Assembly (NCBI GenBank): GCA_964422835.1
Contig: CAYRCR010000001.1
Coordinates: 22,030 to 86,029 of the forward strand
Length of the DNA stretch: 64,000 nucleotides
From: an uncultured Gammaproteobacteria bacterium
GTDB taxonomy: Bacteria; Patescibacteriota; Microgenomatia; Daviesbacterales; UBA10151
Direction of reading: 5' to 3'
Shown here: one piece after another, positions 28,448 through 37,474 of the stretch
Layout of the letters: every line of letters begins with the position of its first letter
Position numbering within the stretch: the stretch's first letter is position 1
Made by a program: the position numbers and the translations under genes
The notes under the pieces: generated by a model
Database searches by the model: none
Told to the model about the DNA's origin: nothing
Seen by the model: only the letters and a program-made list of their open reading frames with translations

Positions 28448-29969
28448 GGCCTCTCCTGCTTTGAACAACCAATTGACCGAACTGCTCCTCACTCACAACA
28501 TCGGAAAAGTATGCCTCATTATCCATAAATTTATCAATAAGGGGAGCGCGTATTCCCCTACTCGGTTCAATAATCAAAAATTGCATTTTCGGTAAATTAG
28601 ATCTGGATACCTGAATTTGTAAATTGCCAGGGTATCCCATTGCCGCATCACCTCCCCACACCGGAAGATACCGATATTTTTTACCCCCGTACCATTCAAA
28701 TAAATAGCTCCATGTTGTATTAACATTTAAGGGCATCGACAATGAATTGATGGCAAAGGGAACACCTTTTGCTTCCCGGTATATATAATCGATAGCTTTT
28801 TTCTCATCAGATAAAAGCATGCCCGATTGAACATTGATGGTATTTATCGGACCTCCCGGATTAAATTTGGTAATCAGCATAATATTTGAAATAAATATTA
28901 TGATCAAAAATCCCAAACCCGTCAGTTTTGTTTTTGCCCATATTTTTTGAATTAAAAATGAACTGAAAATCAGGAACGAGGCAGACGCGCCGACATTGTA
29001 ATAATAGAGCGGTGTTAAGGATTTATTGCCCAAATAAGGTATCCAACCGCCAAGAAACCAGACAAATAAGAAGACAAGTTTCGGTCTGATATCATTATTT
29101 CTCAAATACATTAAAAAAAATGCAAGTAGTACGATTAACAAAAATGTAGGGAAAGAACCAAAGGAAATAAAATTATCATAAATTAGCCGGTTACTGATTA
29201 AAAATACATTACCTACAATATTCCCAAAGGTTAAGCCGTTACTGTTTAAATTGGAAATAATTGACAATAAAATGGTAGCAGATCTCATATTAAATTTAAG
29301 TTCAGATATTATAAATGTCGAAACAGTTAACAACAGCCCAAAGAATGAAAAAAGATAAAGTCCGGTTTTTGGCTTTGGTATATAATGCTTTAAAAAAATA
29401 ATTAATGTTACCAAAATAAAAATTAAATAAAGTAGGACAAACTCAAATTGTATAGACAAACCTAAACCCAAAGATGCCAAAATTAATCCTTTATTTTCCT
29501 TTCTGAAAAAGAATAGGGCAAGGCCTAAATAAAATATAAGTACGGATACAACAGCCAATGACGGATGATTAAAATAAAGGGCATATTGCGTTTGCTCAAA
29601 AGAAATAGCAAACAGCAAAGATGAAAATAGACCTACCGTCTTATTAAAAAGGACGGAAGCAATCAAAAATATCAAAAATATGCCTCCGGCGTTAATTATC
29701 CTTAACAGTCCGGCTACTCCTTCCGGATTACCATCAAAGAAAAAATAAACCGGAGCATAAATATAATAATAAAGCGGCCCATGATACCACCCTTCTACCC
29801 CGGTGGGGGGGCCAATTAAACGTAAATTTCCTTTTAAAATTTCCAAAGCGGCAAATGCATCACGGGCCTGATCAAAACCAAAATAGACATTCCCCGGAAA
29901 GTATAGAAAACGCAAAATTAGGGCAAATAAAAATATAACCCCTAAAACTATTAGAGTATTTTTATTCAT
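28437..29969 (-). CDS. GT-C (ArnT-like) membrane glycosyltransferase; paralog of 32156..33670
   Basis: YFGFDQARD, LIGPPT...YHGPLYYY, FAISFEQTQY and TTWSYLFEWYG. Start at ATG 29969. Confidence 0.85.
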   Translation of the reverse strand: MNKNTLIVLGVIFLFALILRFLYFPGNVYFGFDQARDAFAALEILKGNLRLIGPPTGVEGWYHGPLYYYIYAPVYFFFDGNPEGVAGLLRIINAGGIFLIFLIASVLFNKTVGLFSSLLFAISFEQTQYALYFNHPSLAVVSVLIFYLGLALFFFRKENKGLILASLGLGLSIQFEFVLLYLIFILVTLIIFLKHYIPKPKTGLYLFSFFGLLLTVSTFIISELKFNMRSATILLSIISNLNSNGLTFGNIVGNVFLISNRLIYDNFISFGSFPTFLLIVLLAFFLMYLRNNDIRPKLVFLFVWFLGGWIPYLGNKSLTPLYYYNVGASASFLIFSSFLIQKIWAKTKLTGLGFLIIIFISNIMLITKFNPGGPINTINVQSGMLLSDEKKAIDYIYREAKGVPFAINSLSMPLNVNTTWSYLFEWYGGKKYRYLPVWGGDAAMGYPGNLQIQVSRSNLPKMQFLIIEPSRGIRAPLIDKFMDNEAYFSDVVSEEQFGQLVVQSRRGRDT

Positions 29970-29973
29970 AATT

Positions 29974-30825
29974 TCAATAACCAACCTTTTTAAAAGGTAA
30001 AATTCTTCTTTTAGCTTTTTTCAGCGCTGTTTCAGCAATTGCCCTGATTCTATAACTATTTGACATCCTTTCCCAAGGTGATGGTACTATTTCCGGCCGG
30101 GGGAGATAAAAAGCTTCCGGGTATTTAAAATCCTGCGGAAACGGGATACCCAACTCATATTTATATTTCAGCCCTCTTTTAGGTACATTTGAGTCATTTA
30201 ATTTAGTAGAAGATCTGGTCATATTGGTAAAATGAAAATAAGGATAATTTAAAAATTTGCGGAATTTTCTATTTCTGTTTTGGATTAGAACCCCATCATT
30301 ATCATAAAATCCCTGTTGGCCATGTGGCTTTTCCAAATGTAATCCCGGAATTTTTCTATTTAGAGCCCGGATATTTATATGACCAGACTTTTTATCTATA
30401 ACATACCCTCCAGCTACCTCTTCCTGATAATGATAAATATCACCGATAATGTTATAGTAAGGGGAAACTATTGTCTCAAGCTTATCTCCCTCCCGCTGAA
30501 TATTATCCACGAGTTGCGCAATTGATTTATCCCACCATATTTCATCACCATCCAATATTATAATCCAGTCGCTTTTAGTAGCATCCAGCATTTCCTGCCT
30601 TACCATAGTAAATTGATTAATATCCACATCACCTGCTTCCTTAAAATCAATTTTTTCAGGATTTTCTTTTTGTAAAAGTTTAATAATTTCCAGTGTTTTA
30701 TCTGTGCTCCCTGTATCCCAAAGCAGGATTTTATCAACATGCTTTATAACGGACGTGACAGAGTACCAAAGGTATCTTTCCTCGTTTTTGACCAAGGTAT
30801 TTACCCAAATAATTTTATTTTTCAT
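29974..30825 (-). CDS. GT2 glycosyltransferase
   Basis: TLVKNEERYL, WDTGSTDKT and WIIILDGDEIW. Confidence 0.9.
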   Translation of the reverse strand: MKNKIIWVNTLVKNEERYLWYSVTSVIKHVDKILLWDTGSTDKTLEIIKLLQKENPEKIDFKEAGDVDINQFTMVRQEMLDATKSDWIIILDGDEIWWDKSIAQLVDNIQREGDKLETIVSPYYNIIGDIYHYQEEVAGGYVIDKKSGHINIRALNRKIPGLHLEKPHGQQGFYDNDGVLIQNRNRKFRKFLNYPYFHFTNMTRSSTKLNDSNVPKRGLKYKYELGIPFPQDFKYPEAFYLPRPEIVPSPWERMSNSYRIRAIAETALKKAKRRILPFKKVGY

Positions 30826-32129
30826 TTTTTACCAGTTTTGAATTGATAAAGTACCCAAATTGAAGATATTAAAAAACTAAATATATTACTTAAAAGAACA
30901 GTGATAGCAGCGCCTAAAACTCCAAAAGAAGAAATAAGGAACCAACCACCCACTCCCATAATTGATAGCTGGCCCAAAGCTATCACATTAAAAAATTTTG
31001 GTTTAGCAAAATAATAAAAGATTGCCTGTTGTGCAGGCAAAGCCAGTAAAAATACAATTTGAGCAATAAAAAGAATTATGAATGGCGGAATGCTTGCTTC
31101 ATAATCCGCTCCATAGATTTGCGGCAGGAGAAAAATTCCGATTGGCAAGAGTAAGAAACCGACCAAAGACATACCCAGTGTTAAAAGCTGCAATTTTTTG
31201 AGATAAGCTATAACTTTATCACGGGTGTCAAAACTTGATAGCTTTGGCGCAACTACTGTGGCTAAGGCAAAAATAAGCTGTGGAGCAACTGTCGTAACTT
31301 GCGCTGCTACCGAGTAGATACCAACCTGGGCGACTGTTAAAAAGCGTGCTGAAAGAAAAGTATCAAGCCGGAAAGCAGTTGCTGTTAAAAGACCAACTAC
31401 AGCCACCCATTTACTATAGTTTAAAAGTTCGGATGCAACTGACCTTTCATTTTTGGCAGTCAAGTAGTTTGGTAGAAATATTAAGCTGATGAAGAAACCC
31501 AAAAAAGGCAAAGTGATATAAATAATTAATACCTGTGGTAAGTTTAATATGGAAAAAAGAGAGAGCGCAATTATAGCCAACAGCCTTAAACCATTTGTTC
31601 CAATATTTAAAAAATTCCAAATCCAAAATTTTTGATACGACTGAATGGCATGCGTTGACAGAGAAAAAAGCATTGCCCCGCCAGCTCCAATTAAACTTAG
31701 GCGGAGAGGAAGAGTGAGATCACTTTTCAAAAAAATTAGCTCCGAAGCGGCCGGCATTAAAAACCAACCTAAAACAAAACATATAAGCCATATAAATAAT
31801 TTTACTTTTAATCCTAGCTTTAAAAATTTTAAAGCTTTATCCTTGTCCACCATATTATATTTCCCCACAAAACGGATTATGCCCGTATCAATTCCTAAAT
31901 CACCAATATCTGCGATAAGTGTTATGGCCGCAATAGCTATAGATAAAATTCCAAAATCAGCGGGCCCTAAGAGTCTTGCAATATAAATGTAAAACAATAA
32001 ACCCAAAGTTCCGTTTACAATTGTTCCACCTGATGTTATAAAAAAATGGTTGATAGTTTTTGTGTGAATTACTGAAATTATTTTATTAAAAAGCATAAAC
32101 ACCCTAGCCTTGAGGATAACATTTTTCAA
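30822..32129 (-). CDS. wzx: Wzx-type (MOP superfamily) oligosaccharide flippase
   Basis: ARLLGPADFG, DLGIDTGIIRF, RLDTFL...QVGIYSVA and FGVLGAAIT, with many TM helices. Alternative start ATG 32096. Confidence 0.9.
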   Translation of the reverse strand: MKNVILKARVFMLFNKIISVIHTKTINHFFITSGGTIVNGTLGLLFYIYIARLLGPADFGILSIAIAAITLIADIGDLGIDTGIIRFVGKYNMVDKDKALKFLKLGLKVKLFIWLICFVLGWFLMPAASELIFLKSDLTLPLRLSLIGAGGAMLFSLSTHAIQSYQKFWIWNFLNIGTNGLRLLAIIALSLFSILNLPQVLIIYITLPFLGFFISLIFLPNYLTAKNERSVASELLNYSKWVAVVGLLTATAFRLDTFLSARFLTVAQVGIYSVAAQVTTVAPQLIFALATVVAPKLSSFDTRDKVIAYLKKLQLLTLGMSLVGFLLLPIGIFLLPQIYGADYEASIPPFIILFIAQIVFLLALPAQQAIFYYFAKPKFFNVIALGQLSIMGVGGWFLISSFGVLGAAITVLLSNIFSFLISSIWVLYQFKTGKK

Positions 32130-32155
32130 TCTTTAATGCTACTATATTAGGATCA

Positions 32156-33670
32156 ATGCGGACAATATTATTTAAAAAAACTACCTTAATAATTTCCGCC
32201 TTTCTTCTAATAGGAATTATTTTGAGGTTCCTTTATTTTCCCGACAATGTCTATTTTGCTTACGATCAGGCAAGAGACTCCTTTACTGCATTGGAGATTC
32301 TAAAAGGTGATTTTAAACTGATTGGTCCCCCTTCTTTTTTAAGTAATAAAATTTTTCCGGGTCCTTTAATTTTTTATATATACGCTTTAATCTATCTTAT
32401 TTTCGACAATAACCCCGAAGCTATCTCTGCAATGTTCCGCATATTTAATGTAACAGGAGTTATTCTTACCTTCCTTTTGGGAACAATTATTTTTAACAAA
32501 AAAACAGGTTTAATTGCCGCACTTCTATTTGCAATATCTTATGAACAAACCCAATACTCTCTTTTTATTTCACATCAACCTTTAGCTGTTGTTCCTGTCT
32601 TGTTATTTTATCTCGGACTAAGTTTATATGCTTTTAAAAAAAATACTAAAGGGCTAATTCTGACTGCTCTAGGATGGGGTTTTGCTATCCAATTCCATTA
32701 TGGTTATCTTCTACTATTATTTCCGCTTTTTTTTATATTGTTTCTTTTCAAAAATAATATCAGAGCAGTACAACCAAAAATTTTTTTCCTTACTTTTATG
32801 GCTCTCTTTCTTACATTATCAACCTTTGTCGTTGCAGAAGTTAAATATCACTCTTTTACTTCTTATTTTCTCCAAAATCAAACAACCAGCTTCGCCATCT
32901 ATCCCAAAGAGACACTTCAGATTGCTAATCGCTTCATCTATGATTTTTTTATCTCTGATTACCAGCTTACGCCCATCATTGGTTTGCTGGGGATCGCTAT
33001 TTTTCTCTATTTTATTTTTTTTCAAAAGAAAATACGTATGAAATTACTTTTTTTAGCTTGTTGGTTAATGGGTAGTCTTTTACCATATTTCCTTTCGGGG
33101 GTTCCCAGCTATTATTATGCGGCAGCTGCTTCAGTAAGTATAATTATATTGTTTTCATATCTAATTCCTTTTAATAGAAAAAGAATAATATTGACAATAA
33201 TATTATTGTCAGTTGTTGCAGTAAATAATTTAAATCAAATAATAAAGATAAATAAAACCGGAATAAATCGGGATATTGCAATACAACCGGGGATGTTAAC
33301 TTTTGACCAAAAAAAATCCATAGATTATATGTATATAGAAGCGCAAGGTAAACTTTTTGCCGTTAATATTCTTGGTATTCCCTTAAATGTTGCAACAACA
33401 TGGAGTTATTTATTTGAGTGGTATGGCAACAGTAAATATAAATTTTTGCCTGTTATGGGGGGAAGTATTGCAGATGGATACCCGGGCAACCTAAAAATTA
33501 TCCGGCAGCGTTCCCAACTTCCACCCTTACAATTTCTAATCATTGAACCAACTTTGGGCATAAGGGAGGAGTACGTAAATGGATTCATTAAAAATGAAGA
33601 TTATTTCAGTAAAATTAAAGAAGTAAGAGAATACGGAACCATTGTTGTGCAAAAAAGAAATAAAATTTAA
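32156..33670 (+). CDS. GT-C (ArnT-like) membrane glycosyltransferase; paralog of 28437..29969
   Basis: YFAYDQARD, LIGPPS, FAISYEQTQY, TTWSYLFEWYG and GYPGNL. Confidence 0.85.
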   Translation: MRTILFKKTTLIISAFLLIGIILRFLYFPDNVYFAYDQARDSFTALEILKGDFKLIGPPSFLSNKIFPGPLIFYIYALIYLIFDNNPEAISAMFRIFNVTGVILTFLLGTIIFNKKTGLIAALLFAISYEQTQYSLFISHQPLAVVPVLLFYLGLSLYAFKKNTKGLILTALGWGFAIQFHYGYLLLLFPLFFILFLFKNNIRAVQPKIFFLTFMALFLTLSTFVVAEVKYHSFTSYFLQNQTTSFAIYPKETLQIANRFIYDFFISDYQLTPIIGLLGIAIFLYFIFFQKKIRMKLLFLACWLMGSLLPYFLSGVPSYYYAAAASVSIIILFSYLIPFNRKRIILTIILLSVVAVNNLNQIIKINKTGINRDIAIQPGMLTFDQKKSIDYMYIEAQGKLFAVNILGIPLNVATTWSYLFEWYGNSKYKFLPVMGGSIADGYPGNLKIIRQRSQLPPLQFLIIEPTLGIREEYVNGFIKNEDYFSKIKEVREYGTIVVQKRNKI

Positions 33671-33678
33671 AAATATCT

Positions 33679-35109
33679 ATGCTTATATTTATATTTTGGA
33701 TAATTTTTATTATTTCACATTTGGTTTTTTTAACTTCACTCCCAATATTTGAGGATGAGGCTATTTATCTTTACCTTGCAGATAAGATACCGGAGAATCC
33801 TTTACAGTTTCTCTTTGTCTATGCCTCCAGCTATGGTCTACTACCCATGTTCGGGTGGCTAGTTTCGGTTTTCAAGTTATTCTTGCAAGACAGCCTTATA
33901 GCCGGAAGAGTTTTAAATGTATTACTTGCTTCCACCTTAATATTTTGGGTAGTAAAAATTGCCCAGCTCTTTAAGATGAATAAATTTTTCACTTTTTCAG
34001 CAATTATTCTCCTAATAATTTCACCAATAATTCACCTAAACTCCCGTGTAGCGTTGCTTGACACATCAATCCTGGTTTTTACAGCCTGGTATATTTATTT
34101 TACGCTAAAATACTTAAAGGAAAGAAAATTTAAGGATATTTTTTTTCTTTTCTTTTCTGTATTAGCAGCAATATTAACTAAACCAACGGCAGTGTTCGGC
34201 CTTATTCCGGTTATATATTTGCTTTTCCTATGTTATACAAAAAACAAGAAAAGATTATTGTCCGGATTAATTTATATAACACCTGCTTACCTTATTCCAT
34301 TTATCTTCTTGGGATTAATTATTGTAATATTCGGTTCGCAAATACTCGGAGACAGTGGATCAAGTCTGATTTTTCACCAGCCTTTAAGAGACATAATGGC
34401 CAAAATAAAGATTAATATCTTTCTTACTTCGATTTGGTCTAAAACATATTACCTTCCTTTTTTGCTTCTGCCGGTTTTCTTCATTATATTCCATAAATTT
34501 ATTAAAAATAGGAACTTCTATCTCCTAATGGTAATTTGGCTTATCTCGTCAGTGATCTTTATGATCACATTAAACCGTTTCTATTATCCAAGGCATATAC
34601 TTATTTTATCATTACCCTTAATTGCTATTGCATCTGCATTTTTATCGGAAATTCCAAGAAAATCGGCTACTGTTATCTTTTTACTTCTTAGCCTCACCAA
34701 AATTCAACTTGGATGGGATATTATTACATCAATCAGCAATGCAGAAATTGCCCTTGAAGACAAATTTGAATATTTTGAAAATTACACTTCCGGCCAGAAT
34801 ATTAATCTAATATCCGATTATATTAACGAGTTATCTTATAACCAACCCATCACTGTGTGGCTGGATGGGAGCTATGTTATGGAATACGGGCTAAGGAGAG
34901 CGACAAAAAATACCAATGTTATTTTTAAATCCTTTCGGTTAGATGACAATCTATTGCAACACTCCCCAGGGACTGTTTTTAAAGATACCGGCAGGAAAAC
35001 ATATGTCATTGTTAACCGGTGGGAACCTATTAATAGTCAATCACTCAAACTTATTAAGTCTTTCCCTGTCAGTTTTCGGCACAGCCAACACCTCTATTTA
35101 TTGCCTTAA
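33679..35109 (+). CDS. GT-C (ArnT/PMT_2-like) membrane glycosyltransferase
   Basis: PIFEDEAIY, NSRVALLD, AILTKP and YYPRHIL. Confidence 0.82.
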   Translation: MLIFIFWIIFIISHLVFLTSLPIFEDEAIYLYLADKIPENPLQFLFVYASSYGLLPMFGWLVSVFKLFLQDSLIAGRVLNVLLASTLIFWVVKIAQLFKMNKFFTFSAIILLIISPIIHLNSRVALLDTSILVFTAWYIYFTLKYLKERKFKDIFFLFFSVLAAILTKPTAVFGLIPVIYLLFLCYTKNKKRLLSGLIYITPAYLIPFIFLGLIIVIFGSQILGDSGSSLIFHQPLRDIMAKIKINIFLTSIWSKTYYLPFLLLPVFFIIFHKFIKNRNFYLLMVIWLISSVIFMITLNRFYYPRHILILSLPLIAIASAFLSEIPRKSATVIFLLLSLTKIQLGWDIITSISNAEIALEDKFEYFENYTSGQNINLISDYINELSYNQPITVWLDGSYVMEYGLRRATKNTNVIFKSFRLDDNLLQHSPGTVFKDTGRKTYVIVNRWEPINSQSLKLIKSFPVSFRHSQHLYLLP

Positions 35110-35862
35110 ACCGGGCTTTTTTGAAATTGACATGATAGATAACCCAAGCGGCAGGTCAATAAACCGCAGGAATAAATTTTCAACCTTAAAAAAGAAGATC
35201 AATAAAACATTTAATAAAAGAGGCGGCATTTTTAAATCCGATTTCGCGTTAGAAGGCCTTATACTTAACCATCTTTCAATTGGGCGTTTAAAAAGGGCTG
35301 GCAGGAAGAGAAAAGATGCTAAATATGTCAATCTGATTTCGTTAAAACCAAATTCAGTCAATATTTTTGATAATGCAGTTTTTGTGTACCTTCTTTTAGT
35401 ATGGGCCACGATATCATGGCTTCCTCTTAAAAGTTGGAATGCCGGCAGTTTCAGTAGCAATTTCCCTCCCGGTTTGAGGACTCTGAAAAACTCCCCAAGA
35501 GCACCTTTTTCATCAACTCTTTTGTGATAAAGTACATCAATTGAAATTATTAAGTCGAAAAAATTGTCTGAAAACGGCAAACTTTCTACGGAAGCTTTCT
35601 GAATCATTACCCCTCTTTGTTTTGCATATTTTAGGGCATTTATATTTATATCAACCCCCCAAATCTTACCAAATTCCTGTAATTTGCCAGTTAAAAATCC
35701 GGTGCCGCAACCAGCATCAAGGATATTATATTTACATTTGCCATTTTCTTCCCTGTATGGTAAATATTTTCTAACCATGGAAATAATTTCCAAATGGGTG
35801 CCAATATAATAAAAATGCTTTTCCTCATTCTTGTAGATATTCCAGTACTCTGATTTATCCAT
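35098..35862 (-). CDS. Class I SAM-dependent methyltransferase
   Basis: ILDAGCGTG, LPFSDNFFDLIISIDVLYH, RVLKPGG and HD...HTKRRY. Confidence 0.92.
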   Translation of the reverse strand: MDKSEYWNIYKNEEKHFYYIGTHLEIISMVRKYLPYREENGKCKYNILDAGCGTGFLTGKLQEFGKIWGVDININALKYAKQRGVMIQKASVESLPFSDNFFDLIISIDVLYHKRVDEKGALGEFFRVLKPGGKLLLKLPAFQLLRGSHDIVAHTKRRYTKTALSKILTEFGFNEIRLTYLASFLFLPALFKRPIERWLSIRPSNAKSDLKMPPLLLNVLLIFFFKVENLFLRFIDLPLGLSIMSISKKPGLRQ

Positions 35863-35897
35863 AAATATTAATTATTAAAGTTATTATTATGTTGTGT

Positions 35898-35905
35898 ATT
35901 ATAAT
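35898..35905. promoter_or_regulatory. Symmetric (bidirectional) -10 element
   Basis: Palindrome ATTATAAT reads TATAAT on both strands, between divergent genes starting at 35862(-) and 35909(+). Confidence 0.5.
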
Positions 35906-35908
35906 AAA

Positions 35909-37474
35909 ATGGTGAGTGGAAAAAAATTGCCGGCGCAAACCATATATAAACACTTTTTATTGTATATAATAATCATACCATTCTATATTCTCGGTATATA
36001 TCAGGATTTACCTTATGCTCCAAAATCTGATGAATTTTCATTTGTTAAGCCTGCCGTTAATATAGTATCCACCAGAGACCTTAATCCACATAAATTTGGG
36101 CAACCCGGCTCAACCCTTATTTATCCCCTGGCATTTATCTACCATATAGAGAATACATTATTCCATGACGGGCAATTGCTACATGCCAATCCGGGTATTC
36201 AAACAAGATTTAACAATAACCCAGAGTTGTTTTATATTCAAGGGAGAATCTTAAATATTTTATATGCTCTTTTGTCTCTCCCATTTATCTTTTTGATAAG
36301 TTCCCGCTTTCTTGGCAGAAAAATATCATACTTATTAGTGTTTCTGGTTTTCATTTCCCCTAATATTATTGACCATGCCCAAACAGTAAGAACTGACAGT
36401 AGCGCTTTATTTTTTGGCGCAATGAGCGTATGGTTAATTTTAAAAACCAAAGAAAATCCATCAATCAGGAACCAACTTCTTACGGGAATTTCAATCGGCT
36501 TAAGTATTGCCAGCCGCTATTTTTTGGTCGTTATTGTCCCTCTTCTATTGCTTACCGATATTTATATCTTACATTCTAAACACCTCTACACCAACTCTTT
36601 GCGCAAATACCTGCTAACTGGTTTTATTATAGGCATAACGGCCATATTTGCCGCTTTCTTTACCACTACTCCCTATATCCTCCTAGATTTTCCTACATCC
36701 CTGACAACCATTCGACATGAAGCGCGAACTTCTCATTTGGGAGCAGATAACCTTTCACAATTAGGAAATTTTTTTTGGTATTTAACAATTGCTATTCCCA
36801 ACAGCATTTCATGGCCCCTTACAATACTGGCCTACCTCGGATTTTTCCAACTAATTATTAGCCGAAGGTTCGACAAGGTAATATTCGCATCATTTACAAT
36901 AATGTTTTTGACAGCCATAAGTTTACTTTCTTTACATTGGGAATATTGGCTTGTTCCGGTTATCCCTTTTATATTTATTGCCGCGTTTGCCGGTTTTTCT
37001 TATGTCAGCAAATTTCTTTTTACGAGGTATAAGATAAAGGCAGTATCCATTGCCAGTGGCATCTTTTTAGTGTTATCTATTTCTCCCTATATTTACCAAT
37101 CCACTATTTATAATTTGGGGAAGGCAGGAACAACAACCAGAATACAAGCCAGAGAGTGGATTACTAAAAATCTCCCGCCCAAAAGTAAAATTATTCAAGA
37201 ACAGTATAGTGCATCTTTAGAGAATACAACTTTTAGTTATGATGAATATTTTTCCTTAGCTGAAAAATTTTCATCGGAAAAAATTAAAAATTTAAATACC
37301 GAATACATTATAACAAGCAGCTATATTTACGAGCGCTACTTCCACGAACCAAACCGTTACATAAACGAAATTAATTTTTATCAAAACATAGATACGAATA
37401 GCTATCTTGTAAAACAAATTAAGCCTGCACTTATACATTCAGGCCCAACAATTAATATCTATAAAATTAGATAA
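35909..37474 (+). CDS. GT-C (ArnT/PMT_2-like) membrane glycosyltransferase
   Basis: PKSDEFSF, LNPHKFGQPG, AQTVRTD and TTRIQAREWI. Start moved to ATG 35909 because the ORF-track N-terminus MYYNK overlaps the -10 box. Confidence 0.82.
   Translation: MVSGKKLPAQTIYKHFLLYIIIIPFYILGIYQDLPYAPKSDEFSFVKPAVNIVSTRDLNPHKFGQPGSTLIYPLAFIYHIENTLFHDGQLLHANPGIQTRFNNNPELFYIQGRILNILYALLSLPFIFLISSRFLGRKISYLLVFLVFISPNIIDHAQTVRTDSSALFFGAMSVWLILKTKENPSIRNQLLTGISIGLSIASRYFLVVIVPLLLLTDIYILHSKHLYTNSLRKYLLTGFIIGITAIFAAFFTTTPYILLDFPTSLTTIRHEARTSHLGADNLSQLGNFFWYLTIAIPNSISWPLTILAYLGFFQLIISRRFDKVIFASFTIMFLTAISLLSLHWEYWLVPVIPFIFIAAFAGFSYVSKFLFTRYKIKAVSIASGIFLVLSISPYIYQSTIYNLGKAGTTTRIQAREWITKNLPPKSKIIQEQYSASLENTTFSYDEYFSLAEKFSSEKIKNLNTEYIITSSYIYERYFHEPNRYINEINFYQNIDTNSYLVKQIKPALIHSGPTINIYKIR

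Noticed and set aside
6644-32129. Classical LPS O-antigen or Wzy capsule locus
   Set aside because: No lipid A/core, wzz, wza/wzc or nucleotide-sugar genes are seen, and the GT-C excess does not fit.
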